Below, in pieces: positions 28,436 to 37,495 of a stretch of 64,000 nucleotides of DNA (positions within the stretch are counted from its first letter, which is position 1; the number at the start of each line of letters is the position of its first letter). The DNA comes from an uncultured Solirubrobacterales bacterium (GTDB lineage Bacteria; Actinomycetota; Thermoleophilia; Solirubrobacterales; 70-9). The notes under the pieces were generated by a model. That model had not been told where the DNA came from. It ran no database searches and saw only the letters and a list, made by a program, of their open reading frames with translations. Location of the stretch: contig CAVOWL010000004.1 of the NCBI GenBank assembly GCA_963700105.1, forward strand, positions 204,050-268,049. Direction: 5' to 3'. Made by a program: the position numbers and the translations under genes.

Positions 28436-29731
28436 CTACCTAACCTGAACGCCGGAGATCGCGCGCGAGATGACCAGACGCTGGATCTCGGAAGTGCCCT
28501 CAAAGATCGTGTAGATCTTTGCGTCGCGGTGCATCCGCTCGACTGGGAACTCGCGGGTGTAGCCGTTTCCGCCAAGGATCTGGATCGCCCTCTCGGTCGC
28601 CCAGACCGCCACCTCGCCGGCCTTCAGCTTGGACATCGAACCCTCGGCATTCTCAAAGGTCTGTTCGCTTCGCCCCATCCAGGCGGCCCGCCAGACCAAG
28701 AGTCTTGCCGCATCAATCTCAAGCTTCATGTCGGCCAAGGTGAAGGCGATCGCCTGGTTCTCGATAATTGCCCGACCGAACTGGCGTCGCTCTTTTGCGT
28801 ACTCGAGCGCGTACTCATATGCTGCCCGGGCAATACCAAGCGCCTGAGCGCCGACCGTCGGTCTGCTCGCCTCAAAGGTCTGCATCGCCGCCTGGGATTT
28901 GGACTTCTTGCCCTCCCGGGCGCGGGCAATGCGTTGGTCGAGTTTTTCTTTGCCGCCGAGCAGGCAGGAGCCCGGAACGCGGCACTCATCAAGGTGCACG
29001 TCGGCGGTGTGAGAAGCGCGCAGGCCGTGCTTTTTGACCTTGGCGCCTTGCTCACATCCCTTCGTCTGGGGCGGAATCACGAACGCCGCATGGCCCCGAG
29101 AGCCAAGCTCACGATCGACGGAGGCGATGACGACGTGAACGTTTGCGATGCCGCCGTTGGTGGCCCACGCCTTCTGACCGTTGATCACCCACTCATCACT
29201 GGCCTGCTCGTACTTGGCGGTGGTGCGGATCGCCGAAACATCGGAGCCGGCATCGGGCTCCGATGCACAGAAGGCTCCGAGCTTAACCTCCTCGGGGGAG
29301 CCGAAGCATTGGGGGATCCACTCACCCATCTGCTCGGGAGTTCCCTGGCCGAAGATCGCAGCGACCGCGAGCGATGTGCCCATGATCGCCATCCCGATTC
29401 CGGCATCCCCCCAAAAAAGCTCTTCATTTGCGATCGGCAGCGTCAGACCGGTTTCATCGGCCCAGAACTGGGCCAGCGCCTCAAAGCCATAGAGCCCGAT
29501 CTTTGCCGCCTCCTGGATGACCGGCCAGGGGGTTTCCTCGCGCTCATCCCACTCCGCCGCGGCGGGGCGAACGACGCCCTCGGCGAAACCGTGCACCCAG
29601 TCGCGGATGTCCTTTTGATCCTGATTCAGCTCGAGCGTGAAGGTCGGATCAGCGACCGGGGATGCACTCGAACCCGCGGTCGCCTCCGCCAGCACTCGCT
29701 CCGCTTCTGTCAGTACTGGGCTGTCGGCCAT
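28436..29731 (-). CDS. acyl-CoA dehydrogenase
   Basis: 431-aa ORF. Blocks are CASEPDAGSD, INGQKAWATNG and GGNGYTREFPVERMHRDAKIYTIFEGTSEIQRLVISRAI. Confidence 0.9.
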   Translation of the reverse strand: MADSPVLTEAERVLAEATAGSSASPVADPTFTLELNQDQKDIRDWVHGFAEGVVRPAAAEWDEREETPWPVIQEAAKIGLYGFEALAQFWADETGLTLPIANEELFWGDAGIGMAIMGTSLAVAAIFGQGTPEQMGEWIPQCFGSPEEVKLGAFCASEPDAGSDVSAIRTTAKYEQASDEWVINGQKAWATNGGIANVHVVIASVDRELGSRGHAAFVIPPQTKGCEQGAKVKKHGLRASHTADVHLDECRVPGSCLLGGKEKLDQRIARAREGKKSKSQAAMQTFEASRPTVGAQALGIARAAYEYALEYAKERRQFGRAIIENQAIAFTLADMKLEIDAARLLVWRAAWMGRSEQTFENAEGSMSKLKAGEVAVWATERAIQILGGNGYTREFPVERMHRDAKIYTIFEGTSEIQRLVISRAISGVQVR

Positions 29732-29780
29732 CTCGACCGAATCCTACACGGAATCATGTCGTTATTGGCGCCGGTGTGGA

Positions 29781-30170
29781 TCAAATGTCGCGCAGGTCGA
29801 AAGCCCGCAGACCCTCAGGGCCCTGGTCGGTGCAATCGAAAAAGCGGGGGTTGACGCAGCCGTATGCCGGGCCCTCTCCCTCGTAGGCTCGCTCCACGGA
29901 GAACTGACAGTGGGGGAGCGGATCACCGGTCATCTTCACGCCCCCAAAGCCTCCCGGCTGGGCCACCGCCTCGAGCTCGATCTCAGCGCTGAAGACCTCC
30001 TGCATGCAGCCCACGTACTGATCGCCGCTGAGCATGTCGACGTAGCTATAGAGGAAGCGACAGCGCATCTCCAGGCAGCCGCGGGGCTCGATCATCTTGT
30101 CGCAGAACGAGCGGCATTGCCGGCACTCGCCGGCTCGGGCTGCCTGCTCCTCTCGCTGGCGCGTGGCCAT
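29781..30170 (-). CDS. hypothetical Cys-rich protein (9 Cys in 129 aa)
   Basis: ATG-start ORF just upstream of dnaE on the same strand. It has a C-x2-C-x3-C cluster (CRQCRSFC) plus six more Cys. No family recognised. Confidence 0.55.
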   Translation of the reverse strand: MATRQREEQAARAGECRQCRSFCDKMIEPRGCLEMRCRFLYSYVDMLSGDQYVGCMQEVFSAEIELEAVAQPGGFGGVKMTGDPLPHCQFSVERAYEGEGPAYGCVNPRFFDCTDQGPEGLRAFDLRDI

Positions 30171-30212
30171 GGTAGATCAGTGTAGGCGTCGGGGCGGGCG
30201 AGCGCGAGGGTT

Positions 30213-33200
30213 TTAGGCCGCCAGGGCGTCGGGGCCGAGCATGTGCCCCAACTCGGCCCTGAGGCCGCTGGAGGGCCGCACCCGGTAGCCGCTGCCCAGC
30301 CGAATCTCCTTCGCCTCCCCCACGGCAGTGCGAATCGCCAGGTGCACGTCTGATTCGCCCTTGTGGTGCTCGAACACGTTCTTCAGCTCATCGACCAGGC
30401 CAGGGGCGAACTTGGCGGCATCGATCGTCAGCCGCAGTGGCCCAGAGGTGCTGCTCGCGGCCAGGTTGGCTCGCGCGATCTCGCCGCTGTCGGGCTCAAA
30501 GCGCTCGGCCTCTTGCACGACTAACTTCGTCTCGCCTCGATCTTTGTGGTCGAGGCGACCGCGGACAAGGACGATCGCATCGGGGCTGATCACGGTCGCG
30601 CTCTCAGACTGATCGGCCTTGAAGACGAGCAACTCCACCTGACCCTCGATGTCGTCGAGCGTGGCAAACATCATCTGGGTTCCACTCTTGGTGCGGATCT
30701 TTTTGCAGTCGATCACGATTCCCCCCACGGTCACCCAGGAACCATCCGCGCGCGAACTGAGATCAGCCAGGCCACAGTCAACCCGGGCGCGCAGCGCGTC
30801 ACGAACCTCGGCCAGCGGGTGAGAGGAAAGGTAGGTCCCAAGCGTCTCCTTCTCCATCGCCAGAAGCTCAGCTCGGTCAAACTCCGCCGCGGAGATCGGG
30901 GGGCGGTGCTGGGACTGCGATGCGCCACCGTCATCGCCCCCGCCAACGTCAAAAATCGAACCCTGCCCGAGCTGGGCGTCCTCCTGGGCCTTTTGGCCCG
31001 AGGATTGAGCAGCGGGTAACGCCTCGAGCATCCCCCTGCGGGTCGACCCGGTCGAATCCAGCGCGCCGCACTTGATCAGACACTCAATCGCGCGTTTGTT
31101 GACGGCGCGGGAGTCGACCCGTTCGCAGAAGTCCCAGATTGAGCTGATTGGACCCCCCTCCCGAGCCCGCAAGATCGACTCAACCGCAGCATGCCCGACG
31201 TTCTTGACCGCATCGAGGCCGAAACGAATCGCCTTCTCAGAGACGACGAAATCGTGATCGGAGGAATTGACGTCGGGGGGAAGGACCTCGATTCCCATCT
31301 CCTCGCAGCGATTGACGAAAAACGGAACCTTGTCTTTCGTGTTCATCACCGAGGAGATCACGGCGGCCATGTACTCGGCCGGGAAGTTGGCCTTGAGGTA
31401 GGCGGTGCGGTAGGAGATCAGCGCGTAGCAGGCGGCGTGGGACTTGTTGTATGAGTAATCAGCGGCCGCTTCGTTTAGCTTCCAGAGGTCCTTGGCGACC
31501 CCCGGCGTGGTCCCTGATTCCTTCAGGCCCTGCATGAACTTGTCCTTCATCGTCGCCATCATCTCGCGCTTCTTCTTGCCGATCGCCTTGCGCAAATCAT
31601 CGGCCTCGGCGCCTGAGAAACCGGCCATCGAGCGCGCGATCTCCATCAACTGCTCCTGGTAGACGACGCAGCCATAGGTCGCCTCGGTGATCGCCCGCAG
31701 CCGCGGATCCGGGTAGCGAACGGTGGACGGATCCCGCTTGCCCTTCGCGTAGGCGGGGATATAGGCCATCGCGCCGGGGCGGTAGAGGGCTCCGAGTGCA
31801 ACCAGGTCGGCGAATTCCGTCGGTCCAACCTTGCGCAGGGCCTCGCGCATCCCCTCTGACTCGAACTGAAACACGCCCGTAGACTCGCCACGGGCGAGCA
31901 TCTCATAGGTCTTTTGGTCGTCGAGGGGAATCGTCTCCATGTCGACACTCGCCCCCCTCGAGCGCTCGATAATGTCGATCGCGTCCTCGATCACATCGAG
32001 GTTGCGCAGGCCGAGGAAGTCCATCTTCAGCAGGCCGATCTCCTCGATCGGTCCCATCGAGTACTGGGTCACGATCTTGTACTGGCGCTCGGGCTTGCCG
32101 GACCCGCCGATCCCGGCGCCAGCCGGGGCGCTGCGATCCTCGGCCAGCTGCAGGGGGACGATCTCTTGCAGCGGTCGGTCCGCGATCACCACCGCCGCGG
32201 CGTGAATCGAGTTGTTGCGGATGATTCCCTCGAGCCCCTGGGCAACGTCAATGATCCGCTTTGCGTCGGGCTCGGCATCGTAGGTGTTGCGCAGCTCCTG
32301 ACCGGGCTTCAGGCAGTCCTCAAAGGAGGGGCTGCGCCCGAGGATCGGCTCGGGGATCTGCTTTGCGAGTCGATCACCGCTGCCGTAGTCAAACCCGAGC
32401 ACCCGGGCGGCGTCGCGGGTCGCAGCGCGCGGCGCCATCTTGCCAAAGGTAATGATCTGGGCAACCGACTCGCGGCCGTACTTCTCGGCAACGTAGCGGA
32501 TAACCCGCTCGCGGCCGCGGACCGAAAAATCAATGTCGATGTCGGGCATCGACTTGCGTCCGGGATTCAGAAAACGCTCAAATAGGAGGTCGTTGGCGAG
32601 CGGGTCAATATCGGTGATATTGAGCCCATAGGCAACAATTGAGCCCGCCGCCGAACCGCGTCCGGGGCCAACCGCGATTCCGTTCTCCTTGGCAAACCGA
32701 ACGAAATCCCAGACAATTAAGAAGTAGGAGGAAAACCCCATCTCCTCAATCACACCGAGCTCAAACTCCAGCCGCTTGACGGCCGCTGCGGGGACCGGAT
32801 CACCGTACCGGCGACTCAGACCCTCGCTGGCGATCCGGCGCAGCATCGCCTCGGGCTCCTCGCCGTCATCCGTGGAATAGCAAGGAAGCAGGAGTTTGCC
32901 CAGCTCGATCTCCAGCTCGCAGCGTTCGGCGATCTCCACCGTGGTGGGCACAGCCTCCGGCCACTGCGCGAACGCCTCAGCCATCTCATCGCTGCTTTTG
33001 AGGAAAAACTCGTTTGTGTCGAAACTGAGCTTCGGCGCCTGCAGGGTCGATTTCGTCTGAACGCATAGCAATGCCGCGTGGTTATCGAAGTCCTCGCGCC
33101 GCAGGTAATGGACGTCGGCGGTGCCAACCAGGGGTCGGCCCAGATCCCGAGCGAAGCGGACGATGCCGTCGTTGGCCTTCTCCTGCTCGGCAATCCCGTT

Positions 33201-33737
33201 TTTTTGCACCTCGAAATAGAGCTGATCCGCGCCAAAGGCCTGGATCAGATCATCGAGGTGGGCACGGGCATCCTCGTGGCGCTCCTCGACCAGGCGACGG
33301 CAAAAGCGCGACTGCAGACAGCCCGTGAGCACGATCACACCCTCGGAGTGCGAGGCGAGTAGCTCCATGTCGACATTGGCCTTCCCCCGCGAGAATCCTT
33401 CGAGAAAGCCTGCCGAGGTGAGCTGGACCAGGTTGGCAAAACCGGTGTTGTTCTCGGCCAAAAGGGTGAGGTGGTTGCGCTCATAGCGGGGCTGCTCTTT
33501 GATCGCGTGACGATCATCGACCAGGTAGGCCTCGAGGCCAACGATCGGCTTGATGCCTTGCTTTCGACACGCTTTGTAGAGGTCGACCGCGCCATTCATC
33601 ACGCCGTGGTCGGTGAGCCCCAAAGCCGGCTGATCGAGCTCCGCGGCGCGGGCTGCCATCGCCTCAATCTTGCAGGCACCATCGAGTAAGGAGTACTCAC
33701 TGTGGGCGTGCAGATGGGCAGCTGGAGATCGGCTCAC
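30213..33737 (-). CDS. dnaE: DNA polymerase III alpha subunit
   Basis: 1174-aa ORF. PHP domain HLHAHSEYSLLDGA. Also GPGRGSAAGS, GLLKMDFLGLRNL and a C-terminal OB region. Confidence 0.97.
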   Translation of the reverse strand: MSRSPAAHLHAHSEYSLLDGACKIEAMAARAAELDQPALGLTDHGVMNGAVDLYKACRKQGIKPIVGLEAYLVDDRHAIKEQPRYERNHLTLLAENNTGFANLVQLTSAGFLEGFSRGKANVDMELLASHSEGVIVLTGCLQSRFCRRLVEERHEDARAHLDDLIQAFGADQLYFEVQKNGIAEQEKANDGIVRFARDLGRPLVGTADVHYLRREDFDNHAALLCVQTKSTLQAPKLSFDTNEFFLKSSDEMAEAFAQWPEAVPTTVEIAERCELEIELGKLLLPCYSTDDGEEPEAMLRRIASEGLSRRYGDPVPAAAVKRLEFELGVIEEMGFSSYFLIVWDFVRFAKENGIAVGPGRGSAAGSIVAYGLNITDIDPLANDLLFERFLNPGRKSMPDIDIDFSVRGRERVIRYVAEKYGRESVAQIITFGKMAPRAATRDAARVLGFDYGSGDRLAKQIPEPILGRSPSFEDCLKPGQELRNTYDAEPDAKRIIDVAQGLEGIIRNNSIHAAAVVIADRPLQEIVPLQLAEDRSAPAGAGIGGSGKPERQYKIVTQYSMGPIEEIGLLKMDFLGLRNLDVIEDAIDIIERSRGASVDMETIPLDDQKTYEMLARGESTGVFQFESEGMREALRKVGPTEFADLVALGALYRPGAMAYIPAYAKGKRDPSTVRYPDPRLRAITEATYGCVVYQEQLMEIARSMAGFSGAEADDLRKAIGKKKREMMATMKDKFMQGLKESGTTPGVAKDLWKLNEAAADYSYNKSHAACYALISYRTAYLKANFPAEYMAAVISSVMNTKDKVPFFVNRCEEMGIEVLPPDVNSSDHDFVVSEKAIRFGLDAVKNVGHAAVESILRAREGGPISSIWDFCERVDSRAVNKRAIECLIKCGALDSTGSTRRGMLEALPAAQSSGQKAQEDAQLGQGSIFDVGGGDDGGASQSQHRPPISAAEFDRAELLAMEKETLGTYLSSHPLAEVRDALRARVDCGLADLSSRADGSWVTVGGIVIDCKKIRTKSGTQMMFATLDDIEGQVELLVFKADQSESATVISPDAIVLVRGRLDHKDRGETKLVVQEAERFEPDSGEIARANLAASSTSGPLRLTIDAAKFAPGLVDELKNVFEHHKGESDVHLAIRTAVGEAKEIRLGSGYRVRPSSGLRAELGHMLGPDALAA

Positions 33738-33834
33738 TGGATGCTGCGATCATGCCAAGCGGAGCAGATGGCACCGCCGGAGGACGATCCGCCCTTCCCG
33801 CTATCTGCGCGACAAAAAGCTGGCGGCGCGCTGT

Positions 33835-34863
33835 TCAGCCGCCGCCGCAGACCCAGGCGCTGCGACCCGAGGATGCATAGATCTGAGCGGCGATTGAGTT
33901 TTGTTCTGATTTTGGAGCGCTCTGGGGGCTGCCCTTGCCACCGTACTCACGCCAGGTGGAGGGCAGGATCTGGTAGGCGCCGCCGGCTCCACTGGAGGGA
34001 TTTACGGCGCCGTAGTTTCCCCCGGACTCACACATCACGATGTAGGAGGGAATCGAGTAAGGGCCGCCGAGCCAACGTTCCACGGTCGATTCGGCCCCTG
34101 CCTGCCCGACCCGCTGGGCGGCGGCCGCCTGAGCGGTGCGGATCTCACCGACCCAGCTGCCGATATTGGATTTCAAACTGGCCAGCGAGGCCGCCCGGGC
34201 GGAGGTAATCGACTGCAGCCGTGCCGCGGAGGCTTCGGCATCTTGGTGCACGGTCGAGATTTGGGAGCGAGCGAGCGCCAGCCGCGCATCGTAGGCATCG
34301 ACACGCGCCTTGAGGGCCGCGACCATGTCGAGCTGGCTGCGCACCGCATTCCTGACCTCTGCAACCCGCTCGGCGAGGGCTCGGTCGGAGCTCTCTATCT
34401 CGCGCAGATATTCGCTTTGGGTGAGGAGTTCGTTGAAGTCGCCCGAACCGAGCACGATGCCGGCGGTGTTTGGAGACCCACTCTCATAGATCGCGACGAG
34501 ACGTTGGGCGAGCTCGCCGCGAACCCGACGCAGGTGACCCTGCTCCAGATCGAGGCGTCGCTGGGTGATCTGCACTTTGGCGGCGAGCTGCGCCGAGTGC
34601 TGCTGTCCGCGGGCCAGCATTGAGCTGAGCTGCTGTTGGCGTGCCGCGGCGGCGCTTGCCTGCTGCTGAGCGGCCGCGAGCTGGCTTTGGCTGGCCTGCA
34701 GGCCGGCAGCAATTGCACCTGCCTGACTGCGAGCCGCTTCAACCTTTGCCTGCAGGGCGCCGATATCGGCGTCGGCGGCTGGGACCGCCGACACCAGTAG
34801 CGCGGTGGTGGCGGAACTCAAAACGAGCACCAGGGCGGCAGCAATCGATCGTGATCGTCGCAT
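33835..34863 (-). CDS. secreted coiled-coil protein with C-terminal Rpf-type transglycosylase-like domain
   Basis: Trimmed to the ATG at 34863 (MRRSRSIAAALVLVLSSATTALL signal). It has a long Ala/Gln coiled coil. The C-terminus is MCESGGNYGAVNPSSGAGGAYQILPSTWREYGG. Confidence 0.8.
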   Translation of the reverse strand: MRRSRSIAAALVLVLSSATTALLVSAVPAADADIGALQAKVEAARSQAGAIAAGLQASQSQLAAAQQQASAAAARQQQLSSMLARGQQHSAQLAAKVQITQRRLDLEQGHLRRVRGELAQRLVAIYESGSPNTAGIVLGSGDFNELLTQSEYLREIESSDRALAERVAEVRNAVRSQLDMVAALKARVDAYDARLALARSQISTVHQDAEASAARLQSITSARAASLASLKSNIGSWVGEIRTAQAAAAQRVGQAGAESTVERWLGGPYSIPSYIVMCESGGNYGAVNPSSGAGGAYQILPSTWREYGGKGSPQSAPKSEQNSIAAQIYASSGRSAWVCGGG

Positions 34864-34915
34864 GAAGCGGGCGAGACTAGCGGACTCTGTTAGCGAATGC
34901 TCACAAGTTGTCAAT

Positions 34916-34939
34916 AATCCGCAAGGAAACTTGCGGATT
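34916..34939 (-). terminator. 10-bp perfect hairpin with tetraloop (AATCCGCAAG gaaa CTTGCGGATT)
   Basis: It sits 9 nt downstream of the small ORF and argG. On the minus strand it is immediately followed by TTGACA, a possible -35 element for the Rpf-like gene. Confidence 0.6.
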
Positions 34940-34947
34940 GTTGCGCC

Positions 34948-35100
34948 CTATCCCTCGGGCAGGCGGCGCGCGAGGAGGAAGAACCCGGCTCCCAGCAAAA
35001 ACGTCGCGATCGCCACCCCAATGCGGATCTGGCGACGGTAGCGCCGGCGAATGTAGGTGAGGGCGAAACGAATCGCCGCCTTGCCGAAGGCGTCAACCAT
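34948..35100 (-). CDS. candidate 50-aa membrane peptide coupled to argG
   Basis: The ATG at 35100 overlaps the argG stop by 8 nt. Product is MVDAFGKAAIRFALTYIRRRYRRQIRIGVAIATFLLGAGFFLLARRLPEG, a basic stretch plus one TM helix. Confidence 0.35.
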   Translation of the reverse strand: MVDAFGKAAIRFALTYIRRRYRRQIRIGVAIATFLLGAGFFLLARRLPEG

Positions 35101-36316
35101 CGGCTCGCCCCCGCTCACCGGCGTGCCGCAACCGATGGGCCATTCGAGACTGCAGCGACCACAGCTCGATGAAGCCTGGAGAAGCGGTCTGGGAGAAGAG
35201 GCCCCCCGAGTCAGAAAAGGAAGCGAGGCTGGCGTCATACACCGCGTTGGGGGAGGATCGAGTCACCACGCGAACGCACCCCTTGAAGAGCCTCAACCCA
35301 ATCTCGCCGCTGACCTGCTGGTTGACCGCGTTCATGTAGGCGTCTAGGTCGGAGCGCAGCGGCTCCCACCAAAGCCCGGCGTAGACGAGATAACTCCAGC
35401 GCTGATCGAGCCCCGGCTTGAATTGGTTTTGGTGGATCGTGCCGACCAGGCGCTCGAGCTCCTGATGCGCGGTGAGGATGATCGCCGCCGCCGGAGCCTC
35501 ATAGATGTCGCGCACCTTGAGGCCGACGATGCGGTCCTCGATCTGATCGACGATTCCGACCCCGTGGCGGGCGCCGAGCTGGGCGGCGCGTTCGAGTAGC
35601 TCGACCAGGCCTAACCGCTCGCCGTTAATCGCGACCGGCACGCCGGCCTCAAATCCGACCGTGACCACCTCGGCTTGATCGGGAGCGTCCTCGGGACGGC
35701 TGACCAGCTGAAATACATCATCATCGGGCGCGTGGCCCAGATCCTCGATCCAGCGCCCCTCCGAGGAGCGCCCCCAGAGGTTGTCATCGATCGAGTAGGG
35801 GGCCGTCTCGGTGCCACCTTTGACGATGATCCCGTGCTCCCGAGCGTAGGCGACCTCCTCCTCGCGTCCCATCTGCCAAGAGCGCACCGGCGCAATTGTT
35901 TTCAGCTCAGGCGCCAGGGTTGCAACCGTAGCCTCGATTCGGACCTGGTCATTACCCTTGCCCGTGCAGCCGTGGGCGATCGTGTCCGCTCCGCTCAGGC
36001 GCGCGTAGTCGACAGCCAGTTTGGCGATCAGCGGCCGCCCCAGGGCGGTGAAGAGCGGATAGCCACCGCCGTATAGCGCGTTGGCCTTGATCGCGGGTAA
36101 GACGAACTCCTTTGCGAACTGCTCGCGTGCGTCGACGACGTGGCAGTCGATCGCACCGAGCCGCCTGGCCTTGGCCTTGATCACCTCGTAATCCTCCCCG
36201 GGCTGGCCGAGGTTCACGGTCAGGCAGACGACCTCGGCCGCATAGGAATCCTGGATCCATTTGAGCATCACACTGGTGTCCAGACCGCCGGAGTAAAGCA
36301 ACAGGACCCGTTGCAC
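35093..36316 (-). CDS. argG: argininosuccinate synthase
   Basis: Motifs VLLLYSGGLDTS, AHGCTGKGNDQVR and IAPVRSW. Trimmed to the GTG at 36316, which gives a typical length of about 407 aa. The GTG at 36379 is an alternative start. Confidence 0.93.
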   Translation of the reverse strand: MQRVLLLYSGGLDTSVMLKWIQDSYAAEVVCLTVNLGQPGEDYEVIKAKARRLGAIDCHVVDAREQFAKEFVLPAIKANALYGGGYPLFTALGRPLIAKLAVDYARLSGADTIAHGCTGKGNDQVRIEATVATLAPELKTIAPVRSWQMGREEEVAYAREHGIIVKGGTETAPYSIDDNLWGRSSEGRWIEDLGHAPDDDVFQLVSRPEDAPDQAEVVTVGFEAGVPVAINGERLGLVELLERAAQLGARHGVGIVDQIEDRIVGLKVRDIYEAPAAAIILTAHQELERLVGTIHQNQFKPGLDQRWSYLVYAGLWWEPLRSDLDAYMNAVNQQVSGEIGLRLFKGCVRVVTRSSPNAVYDASLASFSDSGGLFSQTASPGFIELWSLQSRMAHRLRHAGERGRADG

Positions 36317-36440
36317 CTGCTCGGGGTCGGCCTCATAGCTCGCCGTTCGAATCTGCTCTGGGGGCTGGTTCTTGCTCACCGCAGGCGCGAAGTCTCGCAC
36401 GGGCCCCCAAACAGCGACTGCCGCTGCCAGAATCCCTAAG

Positions 36441-37112
36441 ATGAGGCGCCTCGGACACATCCTCTCGATTGCGCTGATCAGCGCCGGCTTGGTGGTGATC
36501 GCCGACGTCGGGATCACCCTCGCCTACGAGGAGCCCCTCTCATCGATCTATGCCTCGATCAAGCAGGGCGAAGCAGCGAGTCAGCTAAAGAGCTTAGAAG
36601 CCGAGTACCCAACCCACCGCGAGCTGCGTGCCGTCGCTCGAATCAGCAATCCGAGCAGACGGATCGCGATCCTGGCGCGACGCTTCGCCGCGCAGGCGGG
36701 CACCGGCAGTGCGATCGGTCGGATCATTGCTCCGGCGATGAACGGTCTGAACGCCGTCGTGATCCAGGGGACGGATACCTCGAGCCTTGAGAAGGGGCCT
36801 GGGCACTACCCCCAAACCCCGTTTCCGGGGCAGGGCGGAACGGTCGGGATCGCCGGTCACCGCACCACCTACCTGGCACCGTTTCGTCACATCGACTCGA
36901 TGAAGCGGGGTGACCTTATCCGGCTCGAAATGCCCTACGCGAAATTCGTCTACCGGGTGCAGGGGACGGCGATCGTCGAACCGAGCGACGTCGGGATTGT
37001 CAGAAAGGTCGGCTACGAACGCCTCGTGCTGAGCGCTTGCCATCCCCTCTACAGCGCCTCGCAGCGCTACATCGTCTTCGCCAGGATGGTCCGCGAGCGC
37101 ATCGCCAGCTGA
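36441..37112 (+). CDS. sortase-family transpeptidase
   Basis: ATG at 36441 and an N-terminal TM helix (ILSIALISAGLVVIA). Catalytic blocks are IAGHRTTY, LVLSACHP and QRYIVFA (His, Cys, Arg). Confidence 0.85.
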   Translation: MRRLGHILSIALISAGLVVIADVGITLAYEEPLSSIYASIKQGEAASQLKSLEAEYPTHRELRAVARISNPSRRIAILARRFAAQAGTGSAIGRIIAPAMNGLNAVVIQGTDTSSLEKGPGHYPQTPFPGQGGTVGIAGHRTTYLAPFRHIDSMKRGDLIRLEMPYAKFVYRVQGTAIVEPSDVGIVRKVGYERLVLSACHPLYSASQRYIVFARMVRERIAS

Positions 37113-37129
37113 GCTCGCCGAGGCGAGTT

Positions 37130-37495
37130 CTAGGGGGCGGGGACGCCCCCGCTTCCATTGCCGTGAGAACCGGTCGTGGTCGTCGAGGTCGTGGTCGGCG
37201 GGGTGGTCGAGGTCGTGGTCGGCGAGGTTGTGGCAGTGGTCGATCCGGTCGTGGTCGAACCGGTGCTCGTCGATCCGGTCGTGGTCGGCGAGGTGATCGC
37301 CGAGGCCGCCGTGGATTCAGTCGAGGCGGTGGAGCTGGTGCCGTTGTTGTTGTTTGCCACGACGACAACCGCGATGATCAGGCCGACGATGATCGCGATT
37401 AACCCGGCGATCAGCAGGTGCAAGTTTCCCCGCGGCCGAGCACCGTTTGGCCCCCGTCCTTCGGGCCCCATCATCCTTGTCGGGTCCTCGTGCAC
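37130..37495 (-). CDS. N-terminally anchored Thr/Ser-rich low-complexity protein
   Basis: The GTG immediately follows the TAA of the upstream gene. It has one TM helix (LLIAGLIAIIVGLIIAVVVV) and then a T/S/G/P-rich tail. Other frames are also open, so the strand choice rests on context. Confidence 0.5.
   Translation of the reverse strand: MHEDPTRMMGPEGRGPNGARPRGNLHLLIAGLIAIIVGLIIAVVVVANNNNGTSSTASTESTAASAITSPTTTGSTSTGSTTTGSTTATTSPTTTSTTPPTTTSTTTTGSHGNGSGGVPAP
37170..37345 (-). repeat. imperfect tandem GGTCGTGGTCG-type repeats encoding the Thr/Ser-rich tail
   Basis: Visible reiteration of ggtcgtggtcg and cgaggtcgtggtcggcg units. This is coding low complexity. Confidence 0.7.

Noticed and set aside
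28529-29854. 441-aa plus-strand ORF, among the longest unassigned ORFs in the track
   Set aside because: It lies exactly antisense to a clear acyl-CoA dehydrogenase gene. Its translation is Arg/Gly/Leu/Pro-rich with no motifs. This is a typical shadow ORF of high-GC coding DNA.
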